Assembly: GCA_013115145.1 (NCBI GenBank)
Contig: JAAPAO010000356.1
Coordinates: forward strand, 1-37,030
DNA length: 37,030 nucleotides
Direction of reading: 5' to 3'
From: Perkinsus chesapeaki ATCC PRA-425
Taxonomy: Eukaryota > Protista > Perkinsozoa
Position 1 is the stretch's first letter. Every line of letters begins with the position of its first letter. Of this stretch, positions 1-10,557 are shown in pieces. A model generated the notes under the pieces. It was given only the letters and a program-made list of their open reading frames with translations. It was not told the DNA's origin and did no database searches. The position numbers and the translations under genes were made by a program.

Positions 1-540
1 AGTTGCTGTATTGCATTAAACTCAACCCCTGTTTTCTATGGCATCAACTGTAGAGTTACCGGCACAGATAGAGAACAGAACCGGCCAAGACAGAGTACGT
101 CTATCAGATGAAGTTACCTTGGATTGGTTCTTCGTCAGGCCTCAAAGAGGGCAAGCGAGCATGATCCAGGATCACGACGACCATGGGAAGTTGCTTGTGG
201 CTATAGTAGGATTGCTAGCGGTACTTGTGGTATCCACGTGGGTACAATGTTTCCTTAGGAAGCCATAGGAAGCCTTCCTATGGCTCCGATGGAGGATGAT
301 ACAGGAGGGAATTTCATCACTTTACCATCATTTCCGTGTAGTCTGCCTGCTTGTTCAGGGAATGCAGTCGGGGATAAGAAGGGATAATGTACAACCTTCC
401 GAGGCACAGGTCAACGCCAAGATGTGAGCTTACTTTGTCAATTGGTCTTTGCAATTCCGGCTTCTCAGATGTGATCCTGCGCGCGACCCCCTCACTGATA
501 TAGTTTGAGGACTTTAAGATGACTGTGTCAGAAGGTATGA

Positions 541-1192
541 AAGACAAGTTGTCTTAGACAACCATGAATAAGCAAGCTGTTCATTTCGAAACAGTTCGTG
601 TTCACCAGTCACCTAGTTACCCTAGACTGCAGCAGTCTGACTGCTCTCGGGGTTCATATTACCAGGCTCGGTGCCACCGAGCTGGTAGGAACAAAGTGGG
701 TAATATTTTGGCCCAGGAATTCTAGGAGCCACATTCACTAATCAACTTTTATGAGTAGCGGTGCCTACCGCCGCGGTCAACTACCACCGCAGCCTGCCAG
801 GCTAAGGTAGTAGCCCGTTCCTTAGGATGTTTACGGGGGATCCGATATATTATTATAATATACGGCGATATACACGAGTGCCGACCCGGGACTACTGTAG
901 CCGTTATAGTCAGATCGTCATAGTATGACGGTCATACTTTGATTGTAAAGATCTACCCTTCAAGAGCTGGCACCTACTTGGATCCGATAATAAGCATCAG
1001 TTTTTTTTAATTCTCAAAAGTTTTGAGTCCAGACCAAAACGGTTGGCCAAATAATTCGGGGCGAATCGCTTAGACGCGGAAAATAACCAAAAGCAATCAT
1101 TTGAGCGCCAGTGACAGTCCTTCATGCTGCCTGCTACACAACTCAAAGCCTGTAGCAGTCGGCTCGGAGTCAAGCCTAAGGCTTGAAGCTTT
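541..1192. repeat. Cluster of odd-centred (1-nt spacer) palindromes, several chained in pairs with centres 7 nt apart; candidate hAT-type excision footprints
   Basis: Perfect stems of 7 bp or more at 541-555, 548-562, 624-638, 631-645, 666-682, 845-863, 916-930, 922-938, 1013-1027 and 1170-1186; a 6-bp stem at 791-803. The repeats are read directly from the sequence; the footprint interpretation is inference. Confidence 0.85.
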
Positions 1193-1594
1193 GAATTCGG
1201 AAGTAAAATCTTTATCGTTGACGTGAGAATCACATCGTTAAAATTATGCTCAGAAAGGGACCCGGCGGTTACACCTAGCAGGGGTCACCTACTTCATTCT
1301 GGCAGTCCTTAGGTCGTTACTAATCCAATTCATTTCCCTCTTCCATGTTCCATCCATTCCGTTCCCCATGACATCATTGCCTAGAGACTAGATACTTATA
1401 ACGAATTCACAAACAAGACCTCAAGCTCTACCTTACCCCGTGAACTCAACACATCGATTAGGATCACTGAGCTATTACTGATAAAACTGTTGCTGTCCAC
1501 CCAAGGGTTACGGGAACATATATCAGGATGTAGCTACATGCATATGCACTGGGTAAATTATAATGGGAATGCTCATGTTAGCAACAGAACTGCA

Positions 1595-2733
1595 TCATAT
1601 GTGATCTACAATGCTAAAAAGCGTGGTAACCAAATCCATCATAGAAAAATCTAGACGGACATCTTTACGCCGTCGACGAACAGCTAACATTGTCTCGAGG
1701 GTCACGTCCAAATCGGATCCTCGTGCCTGAGGGATATAACATAGGGCTAGCTGCGGCAACTCAACATCACGGGCGATTAGAGCTGCTTCGTATATACCTC
1801 GATATATGTAAGACTGCATCGTGTCCTATCGTCAAGTAGCTGCCGCTTAATCCAGGCATCAAACCCGAAGCTTCCGGGAACACTTCCTCCCAACATTAGA
1901 GATGTCAGGCATCCTAGAGGGTCTGTGGGGAGAACATCGAAGTCGGGATGAGTGAGGTGTGAGCAACCAGTCAAGCACAAAGTGCGCAATGTCGGACATA
2001 GCTCTGAGCCGGAACTGATAAAGTTGCCACATCATCTCAGTTACCCCCTAGCCTCGAACCAAGCTCTTCATCGAAGGTGCACCGATGAATGAGCAGATGA
2101 GTAAGGCCTGTATTCCTGTCTTCGCTCATACAGTCTACATCCACCCGTTCTCTGAAGTTTGTTATAGCCCGATCTGAGACAAGCAGTTCTCCAATCATTA
2201 TAGTCCAATAAACAGGAGCAGGTGCGACCGGGTTAGGACCAACTTACTGTCAAAAACTGTTGCTTGGGACTTATTCCTAGTGAACAGTTCGAGAACTCTG
2301 AGGTGAGGCAACCTATTCGTCAACCACGTTATTGCCTCAATAACATCCGACGATAAATGATAAGGTTCACTCTCAGGCGCTGGGAGAGAAACTCTGAAAG
2401 CAGGTAATGGTGACTTAGCCAGGTTCCACTCAAAGTGAATGCCCACCTCAGAGACGTGAGCCTGCGAGGCAGCAGCTCACTCAGCTTCCGCAGGTCTGCG
2501 TGAGCGTGAGAGAAGATATCAACGCAAAGTCCATCTCCGTTATGCTCGCGGAGGCGCTTGCTAACGGAGTACCATAGACTGCACGTCTGCGTGAAGCCGT
2601 CCAGCAACTCCGTGAAAGGAAGGTATCTATGAGCCTGATGCTGCAATACCGCCAGCAGAGGCAATTGTTACTTTGCTATGAGCATGAGTACATCCTCTGT
2701 GATCTCCGTGGAACTAGCGGGCTCCATGCGCAT
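1595..2733 (-). CDS. F-box / LRR-like protein (multi-exon)
   Basis: Splicing a 45-nt GT-AG intron gives MEPASSTEITEDVLMLIAK|YLPFTELLDGFTQTCSLWYSVS (F-box pattern). Downstream exons include LPHLRVLELF and LRTLCLTGCSHLT (LRR-like). The 3' end is approximate. Confidence 0.65.
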
Positions 2734-2922
2734 TGGCACTTCTGTTGCTGGATAGTGAAAACTTGCAGTTCTCTTTGTAGCAGGCGAACTACTTAGCATA
2801 GTTTCAATCTAACTACTCATTATGAGAAAATGCCCGCAAGATGGATTTGACCAACGTGGAACACAAACTACTAAGGCTGTATGTCATTGATAAGATCAAT
2901 AAAAATACACTTGAAATCAAAT

Positions 2923-3579
2923 CTACTTGCCGCCTTTGCCAATAAGTACCTAAATAAACACTGATGTATAGCTCAATACCAAGATTGAGGATATCCGCCA
3001 CCCGTACGCTGCTTACATCTTTCGCTTCGTTGATCTTGGTTGCAATGAAAGTACTTCCGCCTTTGTCAGGATGGTTGGCCAAAAGGAGCTCTCGGTGGGC
3101 CTGATTACAAGTCATCTACAAAAACACAACATCCTACGAGCCCTACCCTACCTTTCGAACGTTCTCCTTTGACGCTCGAGCAATGCTGAGGTTCAATACC
3201 TTGCAGGCTTCACTCTAACGCACAAGAAGAATACTAACCTCCTATCAAAGAGACCCTCTAGAAACCGCAGGAAGTCGGGGCCGAACAGCAACACGGCGCA
3301 ACGGTAAGGCCAATGAAACGGTCGGAAAGCGAAACGGCTGCTGTCGGCTATGGCCGTAATGAATTCCAATTACCCGTGACATCTTGGACTCAAAGCCATC
3401 GAGGCCCTTAAGTGCTCGCAATGATATCCATGGTATCTTGGGCAACACTACATTAGCAGTAGCGGCCCATCTCATCCCTAATACAAGCAGACTTTAGCAT
3501 ACCGGTGAATTCTAAGATGTCCGCTACCTTGTCGTATTGCCAAGGCACCAACGCCCAAACCAAAGAGCTGACCGAACAT
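2923..3579 (-). CDS. PAM18: Mitochondrial import motor J-protein Pam18/Tim14 (DNAJC19 family), 5 exons
   Basis: Spliced: [18 protein letters not shown]|...GFESKMSR|[21 protein letters not shown]|[28 protein letters not shown]|[23 protein letters not shown] is the Pam18 signature. Confidence 0.92.
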
Positions 3580-3684
3580 TATCGAGGAGATGCCGACAAT
3601 GGGCAGGAAAACTACAGAGGTCATCACAGGGGAGCGCACCCAGGAACTCAAGGTAGTGGGTGAAGCAAGGAAACTGCTATTGTA

Positions 3685-6515
3685 TCACACATGATGCACT
3701 CCCTTCTTGAGACTGATCTCTAAAAATATCCTCAGGTACATCCTGAGGGCTTGGATCGATATCCAGTGAAGAGGGCGGTGATGGACAACTCTGGGTGTCG
3801 CTCTGTGGTGTCGGGTGGTAACTAATAAACCCGATATGGTGAAAATAGCAGACAGCCTGCGTTACATTCGAGTGTCGCTAGGTGACGGGGTCTTAAACGA
3901 CACAGTACGCGATCGTCCTTCTGACAAGGTGGTGGCAACTCCTCCACTTAAACTAATGCGCACTAAAATACCTTCCAATGGTGTAAACGATAGGCCGCTG
4001 CTAGATGACTTCAATATGCCTCGTCCGATCGGCAGTGGATCTCCTTGTTTCAACGTCTCGCCAACCTACAGCAGTAAGTCATGGAAAAGTATTCAACGGC
4101 AACCCACCACATCCGGGACATCTCCGAAAGGCTTGTCCTGTGGTAAAGTAGTACTAGGCATTGGGGACTTATCACATGGTATACGCCGCCGTATGGTACG
4201 TATGAGCTCCCTAACATCCATCGCTCGCATAGCATAGGGCGATGATGCTTACCCAGCCATCAAGGCTAGCCTGGGATTTCCAGGACCATGGTCCACGATT
4301 ATAGTCTCGAGGACATTGACTGCTCCCATGTCAAACGCACTTCTAACTATAGTCTCCCAGGCCTCCTGACACATAATAAAGTATAGGAGGGCTAATCGAC
4401 GGATCACCGCCGCCGCCACCGCACCTCATCATCACCGAGACATCTCATAGCTTCCAATAGGCATCCAGTGGCGACTAATACAAGTCCCTGTTCTCCGGGA
4501 TGATGCGCTAAGCAGTTTATGCTCACTTCAACCTTACCCACACAAATGACCGCAGCAAGAGCTAAATACTACCGTAGTATTGGCTAATTGTAGATCCACC
4601 GATCCTGGATGTAAGAGATGTGGACACATACGAGCTATTGACCAGAGACCAGCCTTCTGAACCCTCGAGTCCAGGACTGAGAACAGCGAAGCCTCCCAAG
4701 CATATCGCAGGACAAGTCACCATCACCCTCTGCTCGAACAATGCCTTGTGTCGTCCTGAGAACTTCAGGGCTAATAAGGTTTAATACTTCAAAAAGTAAC
4801 ACACCCTCAACCTGAGCGGTTCTATGAGATAGAAGCCTCTAGAAGACACCTACCAATACGCGTGGCGCCTTTCTAGCTTGTTTAAAGGTGCTCAGAATTA
4901 TGTCCACCAGACGCTCGGAGTCGTTGGTTTGTATAGCCCTTCCACGCCGCAGAGAACCTTCAAGTGAAGTGATAATATGTATACTTCGGGTTCGATGGGG
5001 TATATACCCGACTCCACTAGTCTACGGAGGGTGAAACAAAGATTGATGCATGACTGAGGTTGATTAGTATGAATAGAGAGGCTGGTTAACAGCTGAGGTG
5101 GATGATGCACACGGATGTGATCATAGTACATCTATTACGCTGCTGATAACAGTTGTAGAGGGAATGATCTCCTCACGGAGGCAGTCTCTTAGGAGACTCA
5201 ATGGTACCTATTACAGATTATTAAGAGTATCACACAGTAAGGGTATCACCTCCAGTTGGTCCTGTTCACTTGGCATTCCAGCAATTATATTACTGATCTC
5301 TAAGGACACCCTTGGCCCATCAACTGCCAGTAGGCGAGCGATGCCTTCCCGGACCTGACTCAGCCTGCTCATCTCACCATTGACGCCACAATGACCATTA
5401 CTCGTGGAACAAATCGGTTAGCAGTATGGGCAGCAGATAGGCGGAGTAAGATGGCCTTGATCAAGCCAAGATCGACGATGCTAGCCACTATCGCCGTGGA
5501 TACCTTATTATCATCACAGAGTGAGCCTGCGGGCGATTCCAAGAAAATCAGCAGTAAGTTCCCTACAGAAGACCTGTGCAACTAGATCCAAAGCTAGACC
5601 CTGTTCTATGAGATCCTTTAGAATTTGTATTCCACCGCTCGAAGTGAATCCTGCACCATCCTGATTAGCCAGCGGCACTAACACCGTCTGAAAGGCGATA
5701 CGATAGAAGCAACTAAGTTGGTGATGAGCTACAAGGGCCTTTCGCGTGGTTGTGAGATCTGATGATGGCGTCCTCAGAGACTCTATTAATTCACGAATGC
5801 TCGGCGCGCGCGACTCCGATGTATCTGATACCGTATTCTCCTCTGAGTCCTTATAAAATGACAACCCCTACTTGACGACGTTAGCTCAGCTGGTTTTGCT
5901 CTGTTCTGAAGCTCCATAGGCGATGTTATGTCGTTATTAATTATAATATCCTCCTGGGCTTTCGTGCTGGACGGATTCTCTTCGCTTCGCTCCTCGGCAA
6001 CGCTAGCCCGATTGCCTTCTTCTTCTTCCTCCTCTTCTTCTTTGTGCTGCTCTCCAGTACTCCGATTATCCGATACAGTGCTGCTGCTATTTAATTCGTT
6101 AACCAACCCTGACCATTAATTACAACACTCCGTCCTAGTAACGAATAGGGATAGAAAATCACTTTTGAAATAAAGTGCTATACTAGTATAATATAATACA
6201 TAAAGGACGTTCGCACCGACTATGAACGCAGCAGCAGTAATCACCTCGGTGCTCATCGTTGTTGTCATCTACCCCTTGCTCGAATTCCCTAAGTACCGCC
6301 AGTTTATCAAGCATTATATCACGGTACTCTTCTAGCAACCTCCCTTTCATAAACAGATATCTAATAACGACTGTCTCCCATACCATAAGCCCCACTGGAA
6401 GATCCGATTATTACTCCTCCCCATTTGATATAGACCTATCTATCCTGGAAATCTCCACAGTGGCCTCCTTAAGTAGGCTACTACTACTGGTGCTGCTATT
6501 GTCAACTGTGAGCAT
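3685..6515 (-). CDS. Large multi-exon hypothetical protein, helical/ARM-like segments plus an acidic low-complexity region
   Basis: Co-directional exon-like ORF pieces (SIRELIESLRTP..., AIVASIVDLGLIKAILLRL, WETIVRSAFDMGAVNVLETII) separated by GT-AG introns. One junction near 5870 could not be resolved, so this may be two genes. Confidence 0.45.
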
Positions 6516-6689
6516 ATTAAAGGAATTAAGTTGCATAAATGGTAAACTACATCACCCCAATCATTATTTATAATCATAATAACACAATACTTACTCAAGG
6601 GACATTAACAACATCACAATACATAGGTTCACTACAGCTTTATACACATATTAACAACAACATCATAATAACAACCATGAATAAGATAT

Positions 6690-7732
6690 CTACTCTCCTC
6701 CGACCTTGGATGATTTCCTCTTGAATGGTTGTCTACGTAATGGCACATCAACAGCAGGAGGGCTACCAAGATACGTATGCCATTCACTGCCCTTACGGTA
6801 GCACATAAGCATTGAATCCCAGGTAAGACTATCAACACCGGTAATATCCCTCAAAGCATCTAGAGTATCTTCCTTAACCTGCTCACTTCCTGGCATCGAT
6901 ATCAAGTCTAGCATCCAACAGTCCCCTTCCTTATACAACAAGGGGACCTTTAATTCACCGATTGCAACTGTACGATCCTTCGCATACAAGAATAGTACAG
7001 CAGTCAAGCCGGGGGAGAGGGCATTTTTAGGAACGGTTATCGATACGTCGATAATATTCTCTCCACCTCTTTCTATCACTCTTAGCTCACCTTTGTAGAT
7101 ACCTGGTGGTGGACCAGTGCGAGGATTAGCATACTCCTCAACAGCTGATTGAATGATTGGTGGGGTGTCTCTAGCTGTTGATGGTAGAGCTTCATATTCA
7201 ACTGCTGCCGGCCCATCATTAGGCTTTGGAGCAGTGGGAGGCTTTGGGAGCTCTCCTGAGAGTTTCAATACCACTGGAAACTCAAGCTTTACAACATTGT
7301 TCCCGGATTTTTGAGAATTGAGGAAGGCCACCCACTCATCAGCAACAGGGCATATGCGAATTCTGGGCGCTTGCCGTGTCCCGTAATATTGTCATATATA
7401 AATGACCAGCACAACGTCAAGTCATAGCCGGTAATCAGCAAGCCGCTAATCCCTTCAAGCTCAATGTATCTGATGCCAGCAATTCGTCTCGCAAGTACCC
7501 CTTTGTGTTGGAATTCACCAACAGATATAACCACATCTGGTGTCTCCCTATCACTAGTAACATTCATATTGACATAAGGTATCGTACCGATATTAACTGG
7601 CCCAACACTCTTATAAAACCCAATTGGTGGTGGTGATCCAACAGACAACTTCCTTCTCCTTTTAACATCAGAAGATTGTATTGCTAAATAAGGCAGGATA
7701 TATAATGTAGGACGGGATAATGTTGCACCCAT
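6690..7732 (-). pseudogene. Intronless lineage-specific repeat-domain gene split by a frameshift (two PPxGxYK...CW...C....EW units)
   Basis: ORFs 7289-7732 and 6690-7331 overlap in different frames. Unit 1: PPPIGFYKS...LCWSF / ICPVADEWVAFL. Unit 2: PPPGIYKGE...DCWML...MCYRKGSEWHTYL. No suitable intron was found at the junction. Confidence 0.55.
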
Positions 7733-8288
7733 TTAAAATGAACTTTATCAACCTATAATCAAGTGGAAGCCTTCATTGGAATGTACTCGTTCATAATGCT
7801 ACACCAGTGGCACTTTACCAGTAATGGTAACTGGAATAGCCGAATAACTGAAGAAAATAAACCCTTCAACGTTAGACTCAAAAGACCAGCCCAGATTTCT
7901 CTCCTTGCCATCATATATACCGGCCAAATGCCTACACTTGAGCATTCTGCGAACAAGGTACCACAAGGTTAATGTGATCAAGTTCCGGGTTTTTGAGCGA
8001 GAGCTCGAAATGTGAAGAAAAATGCAGAGAAATGACGTGGCGCGGAGTTGAACGAGGGACCTTCGGACTTGGAATTTCCATTGTTAAGGAAGTGTAGGTT
8101 TTGAAGAATGAGATTTTCGACCATTTGCGTCGTGCCCCCTCCAACGCCCGAATTAATTATATGCAGAATTCAGTTGAATAAGAAGTACCACCCGTTGAAG
8201 TGATTCCCAATTCATCATGCGAAGTAGAATTTTATAGCCCTTGAAAATGTAACGAATGTAACTGAAAAACCTTCTTTTATATCCGTTA

Positions 8289-8307
8289 ACAGTTATATTA
8301 TAACTGT
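8289..8307. repeat. 9-bp odd palindrome in a divergent intergenic region
   Basis: acagttata-t-tataactgt. Confidence 0.9.
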
Positions 8308-8442
8308 CTATTAAACGTATTAAGTACTAGCGGTATATAAACATGCCTCGACTGAAGGTTATCTAGGATTGAGGTTATATACAGGGGTAGTATATTAATA
8401 CAGTGCTCCTAGCGTGTACCATAACTTAGCTCTTAACCTTGT

Positions 8443-10458
8443 ATGGCTGCCACTACTGCTACCGCCTCCACCCTAGTAGACTTCCTCAGTGGCCTTGGCC
8501 CTCATATAGGCCCCACTACAATCCGCATTGCCGCTAAGGAGAGCACCATAACCCAGCCCCTCGTTAAGGACACTCTAGCGGCACTAGCTAATAAGGATGA
8601 TATCCCAAACCATGGAGCAGCTCTAGTTCTCTTAGGGGCCTTAGCGGAGGCTTCGGATGCTCGTCTGCTAGGGATATTTGATAATGTAGTATCGGCATTA
8701 TCTCGAACATTGCTCTCTGATACTGCGGCGGATATAAGGCTCCTTCCCTTAACCATAAGAACGCTCTTTGAAGTGTTGGCTAGTGGCCCTTCAGAGAGTG
8801 GTAAGGCTAAAGGCCAGGCAGTCAATAAAGTTCTAGATATGTGGGAAGGCCTTAATAAAGGTGGATACAGTAAGGTGTTGGTGTCGGCAGTTACAGTGGA
8901 GGTACTAGGCGGGCTATCTCCATTATTAAGGAGGGGTACATACAAGCCAAATAAGCCTACTGTAGGGCGTATTATAGCGTTATTGGTACCATTTATATTG
9001 GACGCTGATAGCGCTTTAATGCGTATGGAAGCTTCTGGTTTACTTGTTGCTCTACCTCCTTCTAAGATTGGCGATATCGGTCCCGATACTCATACAGGTG
9101 TTTTGGTCGACGTCCTCAGTGAGGAGCTCAACGTTAAGAAGAAAGCCTCACCTGATCACTTAATAAGAGTATGTCAGCTAATAAGGAGCCTCCTTCGCAG
9201 TGATAAGTGCCAAGAAATGCCCTTTAAGAATCTTATGAAGTTCCAGCACATCTGCACACGTTCGCTCTTGCTTCATGCCCGCCAACGTACCTTTGATGCA
9301 TCCATAGGTCAATCCCTTGGCACCCAGACTATCGGCCTTCTCTACGATACTTGTACTGCTCTCGGCCCTGGTATGGTTAGCATACTTTCTACTATCCTCG
9401 TTAAACGTCATATCCAACCGATAATCGAAGGGATGCCTGAAATGCCCGACAAGGTCACCACTGCACTATCATCTGCCTTGGAGCAGCTCATCACTGCCTA
9501 TCCAAGCCTAGCGCTAGTTGATCACTCTCTACACACCTCGGTGCTTGCTTTAGGGCCGTCGGATCTATTAGCTACCCTTTGCCGCATTTCCCAGCCTGGC
9601 CCCGACATCCAAGGTGACATCGCCGGCTCGGCTATGCGTATTTTACTAGAGTCTTCGTCCGCCAAGGAGGACCTTAACGTGGCGTGTGCTCTTCTTCATG
9701 CATGCGCTGGCCTTGTCACCAATAGTGGAATGGGGCCAGCAGCGGCAGGGTTGCTCTATAGAAGGAGCCTCCCCGTGCCCAGTAGCCTTCAAGCAGTTGT
9801 GCATGGTTCTGCTCCTCTCAAGATTGGCACGAGCGTATGTGATGAGTTCACCACATTCCTAGTAAGCTCCTTGAAACGGCAAAGGGAGGAGGATGCTGTT
9901 GAGGAGACAGGGACCGCTAAGAAGGCGAAGAGCGAAGAGATTACCAAGCAAAGTGGCAGCAGTACTGATGCTGCTACTGAGAACCCGTTTGCTATTACAA
10001 TCGGAGGGAAGCCTCCCGGTGAGGGGGTTGATGGTATTGAAGAGCGAGTGGTAGTGTCCGCTGCTGCCGCAGCAACTACAGAGGAAGTTATCGAGATAGC
10101 CTCGGAATCCAGTCATGGGATAAAGGTAATATTACGGTCTTGAGGGTGATAATACTATTTACTTGGTTTTATTCTATAGAATGGTCAAGGGGAAGGGGTT
10201 GTTGCCACTCCTAGGACCCCTGCAGTAGCTGTAATAAGGGATGATGATAGTGATAAGCAGCAGCAGCATTCACTAGGGGTAACTAGGAACAGGTCGCACT
10301 TCATAATACGGATGGCCTTTGTATTTCAGACACCGGCATCATCGAGCTCACCGGTATCTGATATCCTACAAACACCAGAGTCGGATTCTGATACGATGAG
10401 TGAGGTACCAGATCTTTGTATGGATCCACCGGAGGCTGATGATGACGATGATGAGTAG
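8443..10458 (+). CDS. RIX1/PELP1-like helical-repeat protein, 3 exons
   Basis: The 566-aa Leu-rich helical ORF continues over two GT-AG introns to an acidic tail ESDSDTMSEVPDLCMDPPEADDDDDE*, resembling the acidic C-terminus of Rix1/PELP1. The family call is inference. Confidence 0.5.
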
Positions 10459-10557
10459 TTGACGTTGAGAACGTTACGTTTCTACCATTTCTGTCGTTGA
10501 TGTTGATGTTGTCTGCGCACGTCCTACTGTATTACGGTATAGTAATTGTTTATTATA

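Noticed and set aside
38-547. Short ORFs 38-268 (+) and 317-547 (-)
   Set aside because: No recognisable domain or confident start and splice model; they may be exons of a gene running off the window edge.
662-686. The reverse strand gtggcaccgag resembles the 3' hairpin of the SpCas9 tracrRNA/sgRNA scaffold
   Set aside because: Only about 11 nt match, with no other scaffold parts, cas genes or array; better explained as one of the odd palindromes.
7330-7400. Programmed frameshift like the Perkinsus mitochondrial AGG/CCC recoding
   Set aside because: Nuclear context, a -1 rather than plus shift, and shortened domain spacing all point to a deletion.
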